Below, piece by piece: positions 9,886-19,514 of a stretch of DNA of 64,000 nucleotides. Each line of letters begins with the position of its first letter. The stretch's first letter is position 1. Made by a program: the position numbers and the translations under genes. The notes below the pieces were generated by a model, which saw only the letters and a list, made by a program, of their open reading frames with translations, was not told the DNA's origin and searched no databases. Source of the DNA: Candidatus Omnitrophota bacterium (GTDB lineage Bacteria; Omnitrophota; Gorgyraeia; JABMRN01; RBG-13-46-9). Location: the NCBI GenBank assembly GCA_013203315.1, contig JABMQJ010000018.1, positions 18,899 to 82,898 of the forward strand. Reading direction: 5' to 3'.

Positions 9886-11771
9886 AAATAAAGAAGCTTG
9901 TATTTGTCGATAATATCACTGGCTGCGGAAAAGGGGATGCCGATACATTATATATTGCGTTAAAACCAGCTGCATATTCCTATCTCAAAAAGCAGGGCGC
10001 GAATGTGCATTCCACGATTAATTATTTTACCAACGATTCGCACAAAAAAGCGTTAGAGAAATCCGAAGCACTTATGAAATGGATAAGAAGGGAATTGAAA
10101 TTTAAGAGCCTTGACATAGGTGTGAACCGGGCATACAGCGATCTTTTTTCTTTCTGGATGCGGCTCGAGATCCACTATTTTTTATGGACAACGGAGATTA
10201 TCAGGAATGCAGCTATTCTGCATAAACCCGAGATAATCGCCGCTGCCCTTCCGGGTAAATACGCCAGCATGAAGCTATCCATAGAGTCCGAAGAATGCTA
10301 TTTAGGTACCCTAGCACAGGCAATGGCACGTAACGAAAATATAGAATTCGAAAATCTCAGTAAAAGCAGAATTAAACACGCAAAAAATTTTCCAGATATC
10401 GATACGAGAAGAATAAAACACCTTATAAAATTTATATTGAAATACGTTAAGTTTTACATATGGCAAAGGGTCTTATATTTTAGAAATATGAATAATAAAA
10501 AACGTCCTGTTTTTTTTGCGACGATGCACTACAATATGCACAGTCTCGCCAATGACTTAAAGAAAGCAATTCCGGATAGAAAATTTTACCTATTCACAGG
10601 CCCGATTCTTTCTTACACAAAAATACCGCGCATATTTATAAAAATGTTTGAAAGACGTTTTGCAAAAACTATACTAGGACAGAAAGAACTATTGGATGGT
10701 TTTGCGACAAAACTTGGCAAAGAAACAACTCTTTTTTCCTCAAATGGCATTTCTTTTTCTTCCATGCTTTCCCATAAAATAAAGGCCAATATCACAGACC
10801 ACATAATAAGTTTCTATCTTTGGACGGCAAAACTTGATAGTTGTCTGGATATTATAAAACCTGGCATGGTCATATCAAACGGTAACCGTTCAGACGATAT
10901 CGCCCTCGCAGAGCTATGTTTAAGAAAAAAAATCCCTGACATATTAATATCGCACGGTTCTCATGTATGTCCGAAAAACAAATACGAATGCATAGAATGG
11001 GGTGAGCATGGGGTAGCTTTTTTAAAGGCGCCGTTTTCATCCCTGGTATTGCAGTCGCCTCTTGCAGAAGGATATATTAAAGCCTTTCCAACGCAAAGCA
11101 ATATATTTCGTAGCAAACCCATTCTTTGGGGTAAGCCGGCAGAACCTAATATAAAGGCGAATTTATCCAAGGAATTGCTCGAGTTAAAACATGAAAAGCA
11201 GAATGTAAAAATCATAGTGCACGCGGGCACACCCAAAATGAGCAATAATCTACGATTATATGTTTACGAAACGCCCGATGAATATCTGGAAGCGCTTTCT
11301 GATCTGGCGAATACAGTGAAGAGCATGAAAGAGACAGTTCTCATCGTAAAGTTTCGGCCGTCACCTGAAATCAGCGTTAATAACCTTAGAGAGCGTATAC
11401 CTTTTTCAGAAAACGTGATTTTAAGTGTGGAGGAACCGTTCAATGCTGTACTGGAAATGGCGGATGTATTGATAAGCTTTTCTTCTACCACTATCGAAGA
11501 GGCATTGCAAAAAAAGATTCCTGTTTTGCTTTACGGCGGACAAGGTAGGTATAAACACGTTTCTGCCGGAAGCATTACACTCGGAGATCCCGTTAAGCCG
11601 GAAGCCGTTTATCATGTGGAAAATAAGCAAGACTTGAAATATGCTATAAAAACGATTTTGGGGTTAAATATCAATGGTAAAAATAGAGATAACGATTTAT
11701 TTAAACCGTATATATATCCTGACCACGAGACGAAACCGCTTCTTAATTTGATAGAAAAAGAGGTCGGATGA
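9882..11771 (+). CDS. Orphan GT-B-like polysaccharide biosynthesis protein (candidate CMP-sugar or CDP-alcohol transferase)
   Basis: Start moved to ATG 9882 (ATGA overlap with the previous stop). ISHG, IVKFRP and ADVLISFSSTTIEEAL...IPV are typical of GT-B C-terminal domains. Confidence 0.55.
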   Translation: MKIKKLVFVDNITGCGKGDADTLYIALKPAAYSYLKKQGANVHSTINYFTNDSHKKALEKSEALMKWIRRELKFKSLDIGVNRAYSDLFSFWMRLEIHYFLWTTEIIRNAAILHKPEIIAAALPGKYASMKLSIESEECYLGTLAQAMARNENIEFENLSKSRIKHAKNFPDIDTRRIKHLIKFILKYVKFYIWQRVLYFRNMNNKKRPVFFATMHYNMHSLANDLKKAIPDRKFYLFTGPILSYTKIPRIFIKMFERRFAKTILGQKELLDGFATKLGKETTLFSSNGISFSSMLSHKIKANITDHIISFYLWTAKLDSCLDIIKPGMVISNGNRSDDIALAELCLRKKIPDILISHGSHVCPKNKYECIEWGEHGVAFLKAPFSSLVLQSPLAEGYIKAFPTQSNIFRSKPILWGKPAEPNIKANLSKELLELKHEKQNVKIIVHAGTPKMSNNLRLYVYETPDEYLEALSDLANTVKSMKETVLIVKFRPSPEISVNNLRERIPFSENVILSVEEPFNAVLEMADVLISFSSTTIEEALQKKIPVLLYGGQGRYKHVSAGSITLGDPVKPEAVYHVENKQDLKYAIKTILGLNINGKNRDNDLFKPYIYPDHETKPLLNLIEKEVG

Positions 11772-12760
11772 TACAAAAGAAAGAATTGTTAAATGAAATG
11801 AAGAATTCAAAGGCATTAAAATCGCTTGCTGTTTTTGGCAAAAAGCGTTTTTACAACATATATCATAGGGCAAGGCTGATTAAAACCGAATTTCCATCAG
11901 AAATCTGGATTGAAAATACCAATTGTTGTAACGCCTCTTGCGTGATGTGCCCTCGTGAAAAACATACAAGAGCGCAGGGGTTCATGGATTTTTCACTTTT
12001 TGAAAAGCTAGCTAAGGAAATATCGCATTTTGGCAATATTGTAAAGAGGGTACATTTACACAACTATGGTGAACCCTTACTAGATAGAGACCTTGCCCGG
12101 CGCATAAGAACGGCGAAAGATTGCGGTATTAAGCATACATATATTGTTACCACTGCTTCGCTTCTTACCGTCGCGAAATCCAAAGAGATTATAGAAGCAG
12201 GCCTTGATGAGATGAAAATTAGTTTCTATGGGACCGATCAAAAAACGTATAACGATACAATGGTAGGACTTGACTTTTACAAGACACTTACCAATGTGGC
12301 CGATTTTTTTAAAACAAGAAAGAAAATTGGGAAAAAGAATCCCCGAGTAGTCTTGCAATATCTGCCAACAGACAGCAATAAATCAAAGACAGAAGATTTT
12401 TTCCGTATCTTAAAACCGCTTATCGAAGAAGAAGTGGGAGATTGTTTCAATATTTTTGAACTCCACAATTATGGGTCCGGAAGATCCTATGTTAAATTGG
12501 GAGATATAACGCGGATTTGTCATTTTCCCTGGCGCACCATGGTTATTTTGCATGATGGGAAAGCAGTGCTCTGTTCACCCGATTATAATGGATTGCAGGT
12601 AGTTGGTGACACTAACACGAACACGATAAAAGAAATATGGAACGGTAATAAATATAAAAAGGTAAGGCAGGATTTTAAAAAATTAGAGTATCAAAATTAC
12701 TCAGTTTGTAAAGAGTGTACCGCTGTGCGAGAAACTATGTACCCTAAAATAAATAGATAG
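11768..12760 (+). CDS. Radical SAM protein with SPASM/twitch domain
   Basis: CNASCVMC, NYGEPLL; C-terminal CHFPW...LCSPD...CKEC. Confidence 0.9.
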   Translation: MIQKKELLNEMKNSKALKSLAVFGKKRFYNIYHRARLIKTEFPSEIWIENTNCCNASCVMCPREKHTRAQGFMDFSLFEKLAKEISHFGNIVKRVHLHNYGEPLLDRDLARRIRTAKDCGIKHTYIVTTASLLTVAKSKEIIEAGLDEMKISFYGTDQKTYNDTMVGLDFYKTLTNVADFFKTRKKIGKKNPRVVLQYLPTDSNKSKTEDFFRILKPLIEEEVGDCFNIFELHNYGSGRSYVKLGDITRICHFPWRTMVILHDGKAVLCSPDYNGLQVVGDTNTNTIKEIWNGNKYKKVRQDFKKLEYQNYSVCKECTAVRETMYPKINR

Positions 12761-12771
12761 GATCATATCAA

Positions 12772-14568
12772 ATGAAGGTTACAAAATTTGTATTTCGTTA
12801 TCTCAAAGTTTATCCGGCTCTCTCATTAACGATTTTAGCGCTTATCATTATAACATCACTTTTTGAAGGTGCAAGTTTTAGCGTCCTTATTCCGCTAATA
12901 CAAAGCATGATTGGTGGAAGCACTAACCTGTTTGATAAAATCCCATTCATAAACACCTTATGGCAGCCTTTTTCATCTATGGGGCAAGCAGAAACGGTGT
13001 CACTTATCTTTATTTTGATGCTTGGGCTGCTTTTGATAAAAAATGTATTTGTGTATTTTTCCGGCGTTCTCATAGCAAAATTAGGATTTGGAGCGACACG
13101 GGACTTCAGAGTAAAACTTATGGACAATTTACTTGATTACGATATGCGTTTTTTTGATAGCGCTAAAACAGGCCACATAATAGCCAGCATTAATACCGAA
13201 ACCGAGCGTATGGGGAATTTTATAAAGGCAGTTCTTCAGCTTATTGCCTTTTCCGGAAAAGTAATTGCATATATGGTGCTTTTATTTCTAATATCATGGA
13301 AGGTAAGCATCTTGGTATTTTCATTGGTTGCAATAGTTTTAATACCTATTGAGTCTATCATGAAGAAGATAAGGGACGTAAGCATGTTTATATCAAGCGC
13401 TGTCGCAAATTATAATTATAAATTAATAGAATTACTCAGCGGTATACGACTTATAAGGGCATGCGGTACCGAGAGTTTGGAGAAAAAAGCTTTTAAAACC
13501 AAAGCGGACGACATCTTTAATTTTCGCTATAAAGGGCATAAGTATATAAATCTTATCATACCCTTGTCGGAGGTTTTAATATTCACCCTTATCGTGATTA
13601 GCGTTCTGGTCCTTATTAATGTTGTAAAAGTAGATATTGCAAGCACGTTCCCTTTGATGGCTACATATCTACTCGCTATGGTAAGGATGCTTACGCAGAT
13701 AAACACGCTAAACAATAACCGCTCTGCTGCATTGAAGAAATTAGCATCATTTACGGTCTACGATAGATTTTATGACGAAAGAGGTAAAAAGGCGATAAAA
13801 AACGGGCAGAAAAAAATCAATGTTTTTTCTAATTCAATAGAATTTAAAAAAGTAAATTTTTCTTACACAAAGGACAAAGAAGTCTTGAGAGATGTAAGCA
13901 TGAAAGCCCCAAAAGGAAAAGTAACCGCCCTTGTGGGTGCCTCCGGAGCAGGCAAGAGTACAATTGTTAATTTAATATTGAGGTTTTACGAAGTTAATTC
14001 GGGAGATATATTGGTTGACGGAGTAAGTTTAAAAAGTTTTGATTTGAAAAGCTGGAGGCAAAAAATCGGTCTTGTTTCGCAGGATGTATTTATTTTTAAC
14101 ACAAGCGTGAAAGATAATATTGCCTATGGCCACGCGCGAATAGAGGAAGAAAAAATAGTCGCCGCTGCCAAAACAGCTAATGCGCATGATTTTATAATGA
14201 GCTTCCCCAATCAGTATGACACAATTTTAGGGGAAAGAGGCGTGAGACTTTCAGGCGGACAAAAACAGCGAATTTCCATAGCCAGAGCCATCATACATAA
14301 TCCCGAGATACTAATTCTTGACGAGGCAACCAGTTCGCTTGATACAAAAACAGAAATATTAATAAATGAAGCTGTTGACAGACTTACTAAAGACCGAACA
14401 GTTATAGCTATTGCGCATCGGCTATCTACGATTCTGCATGCAGACAATATTATTGTTTTAGACGAAGGCAGGGTTGTTGAAAGCGGCACACATCCAAGTC
14501 TGATAAGCGAAAAGGGTCTTTATAAACAATTATATGATGTGCAGTTTAGTTCTCAGGTAGCAAGATGA
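12772..14568 (+). CDS. MsbA/PglK-like ABC exporter (fused TMD+NBD), candidate lipid-linked glycan flippase
   Basis: Hydrophobic N-half; Walker A GASGAGKS, signature LSGGQ, Walker B ILDEATSSLD, IAHRLST. Confidence 0.9.
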   Translation: MKVTKFVFRYLKVYPALSLTILALIIITSLFEGASFSVLIPLIQSMIGGSTNLFDKIPFINTLWQPFSSMGQAETVSLIFILMLGLLLIKNVFVYFSGVLIAKLGFGATRDFRVKLMDNLLDYDMRFFDSAKTGHIIASINTETERMGNFIKAVLQLIAFSGKVIAYMVLLFLISWKVSILVFSLVAIVLIPIESIMKKIRDVSMFISSAVANYNYKLIELLSGIRLIRACGTESLEKKAFKTKADDIFNFRYKGHKYINLIIPLSEVLIFTLIVISVLVLINVVKVDIASTFPLMATYLLAMVRMLTQINTLNNNRSAALKKLASFTVYDRFYDERGKKAIKNGQKKINVFSNSIEFKKVNFSYTKDKEVLRDVSMKAPKGKVTALVGASGAGKSTIVNLILRFYEVNSGDILVDGVSLKSFDLKSWRQKIGLVSQDVFIFNTSVKDNIAYGHARIEEEKIVAAAKTANAHDFIMSFPNQYDTILGERGVRLSGGQKQRISIARAIIHNPEILILDEATSSLDTKTEILINEAVDRLTKDRTVIAIAHRLSTILHADNIIVLDEGRVVESGTHPSLISEKGLYKQLYDVQFSSQVAR

Positions 14569-16079
14569 AAAAAACAATTCTTTTTAATCCCGTTGGCATT
14601 GTCCACGATAGAAATATCGAGAAATTCGAAAATGTATTATCAGAGTGGAATATAAGGCGTCTATACAATCCAAATCTTCCATGGACATCGTCTTTCAGGA
14701 AAGACAAAGCCGACACGCATTATTTTACCGGCGGAAGGGTACCTGATAGTGCCTTCAAAGATGTAAGAGCAGTTATTTGCTTTTCAGCGCAACCACGGAT
14801 TCCGTTTTCAGTTCTTGCGGAAAAGGCGTTGCTTCGATCCATCCCGGTAATCGCCATAGAAGAGGTGTATCAAATGGCTTTGCAGCAGGGCCACGTGAAC
14901 GAATATTTTTTGCCTGTTGATCATCTTTTTGTCGGTTCGGATTACGAAAAAGACGCGTTTCTTAAAATAGGTGTACCGGAAAATGTTGTCGAGGTAACGG
15001 GTTGCCCGTTTCGGATAAGCAAAGAGAAGGGCACATCGGATATAGAAGAAAAGTATAATATTAAAAGAATACTCGGTTGTGATCCGAAAAAACCCCTTGC
15101 CGTGATTTGCCTTACACTTCTTACTCCTGACGGAGAAACAAGAGAAGTGAGACAAAGGATTCTGGGCATGGCAAGCAAAGAAGTGCCCGAAAGCTATGAA
15201 TTGATCGTAAAGGCGCATCCCGCAGAAGACAAAAAGAATCTTGAGGAATTCGTGAAAGAATTCGCACCCAGGGCAAGGGTAGTTGATTCGCATATACCAA
15301 TCGAAAGAATATTAAAGGCTACCGATGTATTATTTAACAGAAGCAATTCACAGGTTGTCATAGATGCGCTTGACAAGCACGTCCCTGTAATCGCGTTGCC
15401 GCTGGGTAAAAGAAGTATATTTCACGGATTAATAGAAGAGGTTATAGCGGATAAGCCGGAAGACATTAAAAACATATTAGAGCTTATAAAAGCGAAGGGC
15501 ATGGCCCTCTATAAGCCTATTTTTGAAAAATACCTTTATATAACACCTGAGGAATCATTAAGCAAGGTGGCCTCGCGTATTGCCGAGATAGCGGAGAACG
15601 GTGATCTCTACAAGCCCGAAGAGCGTTTGTTAGAATTTGGATTGTTTTGGGCATGGATGGGGTACCCGTCACAGTCGTTTAGGGTTTTTGATGCGCTTCC
15701 GAGAGTTTTTAAAAGGACAAATGAACATCTTGACGCGGCGCGTCAGCTCGTTTCCTGCAAAGCAACTCATGAAAATATCGATTCTTTGAAGAAGTGGGCA
15801 TCGCGCAGCTACAGGGAGTGGATAGTAAAAAGCTTGTGGATCAGGTCTTTATATCTAAACCGGAGTAAGATGAATGATTTCGACGTGCAATGGCTTGCCG
15901 ATTTTCCTCCGAGGATGAATAGATACCATTTTCTGCCATTTACGCGCATGCTCGGATGGTGCTATAAACGGTCCGGATTGCAATTTGATAAAAACATCAG
16001 CAGCTGGCGGGAGCAAGTTAGTTCTAATTTAAAAACGTCACTTAAAGATATTGTGTTTAGCCACAAAATGAGGCATTAG
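14565..16079 (+). CDS. Orphan GT-B-like protein (UDP-GlcNAc 2-epimerase/capsule transferase-like fold)
   Basis: VEVTGCP, IVKAHPAE (HP motif), TDVL..SNSQVVIDAL..VPV. Confidence 0.5.
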   Translation: MKKTILFNPVGIVHDRNIEKFENVLSEWNIRRLYNPNLPWTSSFRKDKADTHYFTGGRVPDSAFKDVRAVICFSAQPRIPFSVLAEKALLRSIPVIAIEEVYQMALQQGHVNEYFLPVDHLFVGSDYEKDAFLKIGVPENVVEVTGCPFRISKEKGTSDIEEKYNIKRILGCDPKKPLAVICLTLLTPDGETREVRQRILGMASKEVPESYELIVKAHPAEDKKNLEEFVKEFAPRARVVDSHIPIERILKATDVLFNRSNSQVVIDALDKHVPVIALPLGKRSIFHGLIEEVIADKPEDIKNILELIKAKGMALYKPIFEKYLYITPEESLSKVASRIAEIAENGDLYKPEERLLEFGLFWAWMGYPSQSFRVFDALPRVFKRTNEHLDAARQLVSCKATHENIDSLKKWASRSYREWIVKSLWIRSLYLNRSKMNDFDVQWLADFPPRMNRYHFLPFTRMLGWCYKRSGLQFDKNISSWREQVSSNLKTSLKDIVFSHKMRH

Positions 16080-16085
16080 GCAAAG

Positions 16086-17606
16086 ATGCGAGTGTTATTC
16101 GTTAATTTTAATCTTAATTCGACGCCGGGCATAAATAACGGGTTGGCAATTCTGTCTTCTGTTTTAAAGAAAAAAAACCACGAGGTCAGGCTTCTTTTTC
16201 TTTGCAATGAGCTCGGTTATGATTTAGATTTTGCACGTATAAAAAAAGATGTATTGGATTCCAGGCCGGATATCATAGGAATTTCTCTGATGGAAACACA
16301 ACTCAAGCACATGAAGGCTTTTTTAAAAAACCTGAGAAAATATTATAAGGGTTTAGTTGTCTGCGGAGGGCCGCATCCTACGATGAATCCCGAAGACGTG
16401 CTTTCTATAAAAGGCATAGATGTTGTGTGCGTCGGAGAAGGCGAGGGCGCTATTCTTGAATTTATCGAAGCATTAAAAGCCGGAAGGGATTATAAAGACA
16501 TAAAGAACTTATGGTTCAATTCAGATAACGGTAAAATCATCAAAAACAGGCTGCGTTTTTTCACATCGCTTGAGACCTTGCCCCCGGAGGATAAAGAACT
16601 CTTCGACCTTGATAAGTTGCTCCCTCTAAAAAATTATCAACTGGAGGTTATGCTTGGAAGGGGATGTATGTATCAATGCACCTACTGTATTAATAAGCCC
16701 TTTATAGAGCAGTATAGACAGTTGTGTGAAAATGAGATTACTGCAAAAGATTATATGCGAGTTAAAAAAAGTTGTACCGTAATAGAAGAAATTAAGAATA
16801 GCGTGTTACGGCATCCTGAGATCAAAAAAATAGCTTTTATTGATGACGATTTTCTTATGTATACAAATTTCGCGAATGACTTTTTTGAAAAATACAAAAA
16901 AGAAATCAATCTCCCATTCATGTGCAATATAAATCCTGTGTCGTTTAATGTGTCCAAGGGGCATCTGTTAAAGGAAGCCGGTTGTGATGATATACGTTTT
17001 GGCGTAGAGAGCGGTAGCGAGAGGGTAAAAAATGACATCATGAAAAGGCCTATTCGTAACAGGAGCATTATAAGCGCTTTTAATATCACTAAAAAACTAG
17101 GTTTAATGACCAGCTCATTTAACATGATAGGCTTGCCTACGGAAACCAAGGAAGAGATTCTCGAAACCCTGAAACTCAATGCTGCCATAGGGCCCGATAG
17201 CATGAAGGTAATGACTTTCTACCCGTTTAAAAATACACCTCTTTATGATGTATGCCGAGAAATGGATCTAATAGATGAAGAAAAAAAGATGGAGCTGGAT
17301 AATTACGATACTTTTACCTGTCTTAGATTTCCTGCGGAACATCAGCTCTTTTTAAGGAAGGTTCAGAGTGTATTTAACTGGTACATCAATGCATTTTTAG
17401 AGAATGAAGCCTCCGGGGAGTACTCAAAAATGATAAGGGATGTAGAAAAGATGACAGAAAGTCGTTGGGACAAGTTCGACCATCTCTCTTGCGATAAGGA
17501 ACTGTCAGAGAAAATGAGAAGAAAAAACGCGCCGCATTATTCAAAATTCGTAAATAGAAGTTTAGCAGTAAAATATCCAAGTAAACATTGTGAGAAAAAA
17601 AGGTGA
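16086..17606 (+). CDS. B12-binding domain radical SAM protein
   Basis: GGPHPT, VGEGE, GRGCMYQCTYC, DDDF, GVESGS, GLPTET. Confidence 0.9.
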   Translation: MRVLFVNFNLNSTPGINNGLAILSSVLKKKNHEVRLLFLCNELGYDLDFARIKKDVLDSRPDIIGISLMETQLKHMKAFLKNLRKYYKGLVVCGGPHPTMNPEDVLSIKGIDVVCVGEGEGAILEFIEALKAGRDYKDIKNLWFNSDNGKIIKNRLRFFTSLETLPPEDKELFDLDKLLPLKNYQLEVMLGRGCMYQCTYCINKPFIEQYRQLCENEITAKDYMRVKKSCTVIEEIKNSVLRHPEIKKIAFIDDDFLMYTNFANDFFEKYKKEINLPFMCNINPVSFNVSKGHLLKEAGCDDIRFGVESGSERVKNDIMKRPIRNRSIISAFNITKKLGLMTSSFNMIGLPTETKEEILETLKLNAAIGPDSMKVMTFYPFKNTPLYDVCREMDLIDEEKKMELDNYDTFTCLRFPAEHQLFLRKVQSVFNWYINAFLENEASGEYSKMIRDVEKMTESRWDKFDHLSCDKELSEKMRRKNAPHYSKFVNRSLAVKYPSKHCEKKR

Positions 17607-17618
17607 GGTAGGTGCAAT

Positions 17619-18599
17619 ATGTTCAATAAGAACCCAAGTGTTTCCATTGTTTTTCCGATTTTTAACGAAGAAGAGACTATAAAACTTCTATATCAACTTG
17701 TGAGAGATGTCTGCACAAAGTCCAACGTTGACTATGAGATGATATTCGTGGATGACGGCAGTACGGATAATTCACTAAATGTGGTCAAAGATTTGAAGAA
17801 CCAAGACAAAAAAGTTGCCTTTGTTTCGTTATCGCGCAATTTTGGTCATCAAAGTGCGCTTTTTGCAGGCATGTCTTATGCCACAGGGGATGCCGTAATT
17901 ACAATGGACGCCGACTTGCAGCATTCACCGTCATTAATCCCAAAAATGATCGATTTATGGCGCAACGGCTACGAAGTTGTATATACGATGAAGAAAAAAT
18001 ATGATTTACCGTTTATAATGTCATTAGTGATAAAGCTTTTCTATTGGTTTATTTCGAAGATATCCGACATACGTTTGAGCTTCGGTCAATCCGACTTTAG
18101 ATTGCTCGACAGAAAGGTTCTTGATGCTATTTTGGAAATTCCGGAATACCATAAATTTTTACGTGGGCAAATTGAATGGGTGGGTTTTCGACAATACGGT
18201 CTTATGTATGATGTAGAAAAGCGTCACAGCGGTAAATCTAAAATTTCTTATCGAAAGCGCCTTTCGTTTGCCTTAGACGGCATTTTTGCATTTTCCAGTT
18301 ATCCGTTACATTTATTAATGTCTTTTAGCATTGGCGTGGCAATATTATCTTTTCTTTATATATGCATCGAGTTAACCGGATGGATGCTGAAGGCATTAAA
18401 TATTTGCCCCAATTTAATCATACCCCATGGGTGGGTTACTCTAATCGTTTCGGTGTTTTTCCTGGGAAGCTTGCAACTTATGGCCATAGCCCTTGTTGGC
18501 GGATATATCGGAAGAACCTACGACCAAACGAAGGGGCGCCCCGTTTTCATCATAAAAGAGTCGTCGGTTCAGAAGAAAACCCAAGCAGGAGCTCGCTGA
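17619..18599 (+). CDS. GT2 polyprenol-phosphate glycosyltransferase (GtrB/ArnC-like)
   Basis: FNEE, VDDGSTD, LSRNFGHQ, MDADLQH, DFRLLDRKV, two C-terminal TM helices, RPVFI. Confidence 0.9.
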   Translation: MFNKNPSVSIVFPIFNEEETIKLLYQLVRDVCTKSNVDYEMIFVDDGSTDNSLNVVKDLKNQDKKVAFVSLSRNFGHQSALFAGMSYATGDAVITMDADLQHSPSLIPKMIDLWRNGYEVVYTMKKKYDLPFIMSLVIKLFYWFISKISDIRLSFGQSDFRLLDRKVLDAILEIPEYHKFLRGQIEWVGFRQYGLMYDVEKRHSGKSKISYRKRLSFALDGIFAFSSYPLHLLMSFSIGVAILSFLYICIELTGWMLKALNICPNLIIPHGWVTLIVSVFFLGSLQLMAIALVGGYIGRTYDQTKGRPVFIIKESSVQKKTQAGAR

Positions 18600-19441
18600 T
18601 GAATAAATGCGGAATTTGCAGTGGCACTTTCACTAAATCCATGTATGACGGGATACGAAAATGCCAGAAATGCGATCATGTTTTTTTTGATTTAAACTTG
18701 AACGATGAGGAATTGCACAAGCTCTATGGCAGAAATTATTTTTTTGGAGGCGAATATAATAATTACCTAAAAGACAAAAAAATATTGCAAAAGAATTTTA
18801 AATTACGCATGAGAATTCTGCAGAAATTTCTTGAACCGGCGCGTCATAAGCATCTTCTTGAAATTGGTTGCGCGTATGGCTTTTTTCTTGATATAGCAAA
18901 GAACCAATTCCATACAACGCAGGGAATAGATATTGCCGAAGACGGCGTTTCTTATGCGCGTACTCAATTAAAACTCGACGCTATCAATGCTAATTTTACA
19001 CAGTATAATTGGGGCAACCAAAAATTTGATGTAGTATGCATGTGGGACACCATAGAACACTTACGGGATCCGGATATCTATCTAGAGAAAATCAGTAATC
19101 TTATGGAAAAAGGATCTTTACTAGCCCTAACAACAGGAGATATAGAAAGTCTTAATGCAAGAATTAGAAAAAAGAAATGGCGATTAATGCATCCCCCGAC
19201 GCATATACACTATTTTTCCAGAAGAACATTGACTAAGCTTTTAGATAATCATGGGTTTGATGTAATATATAATCGATACTGCGGTTTTTACCGCAGTATC
19301 GACCTTATTGCATACCGCACGTTGATGTTGAATAAAAAAAGGCCATGGCTCTATAATATTTTGCAGAAAAGCGGTATTGCCAATATCGGTATATACTCAA
19401 ATCTCTATGATATTATGTGTGTTGTAGCGCGTAAACGTTAG
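18599..19441 (+). CDS. Class I SAM-dependent methyltransferase with N-terminal CxxC/CxxC zinc ribbon
   Basis: Start moved to ATG 18599 (TGATG overlap). CGIC...CQKC, LEIGCAYG, DTIEHL, PPTHIHYFS. Confidence 0.88.
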   Translation: MNKCGICSGTFTKSMYDGIRKCQKCDHVFFDLNLNDEELHKLYGRNYFFGGEYNNYLKDKKILQKNFKLRMRILQKFLEPARHKHLLEIGCAYGFFLDIAKNQFHTTQGIDIAEDGVSYARTQLKLDAINANFTQYNWGNQKFDVVCMWDTIEHLRDPDIYLEKISNLMEKGSLLALTTGDIESLNARIRKKKWRLMHPPTHIHYFSRRTLTKLLDNHGFDVIYNRYCGFYRSIDLIAYRTLMLNKKRPWLYNILQKSGIANIGIYSNLYDIMCVVARKR

Positions 19442-19514
19442 TGGCTTGCATATTTAGCGGCTGATAATAGTTAGGCATTTTTAAGTTTTTTATAAAAAGA
19501 AAGAGGTGTCGACG

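Noticed and set aside
19442-19514. Possible promoter (TTGCAT...GATAAT) before the amidotransferase fusion
   Set aside because: The spacing is only 11 nt, which does not fit sigma70 geometry.
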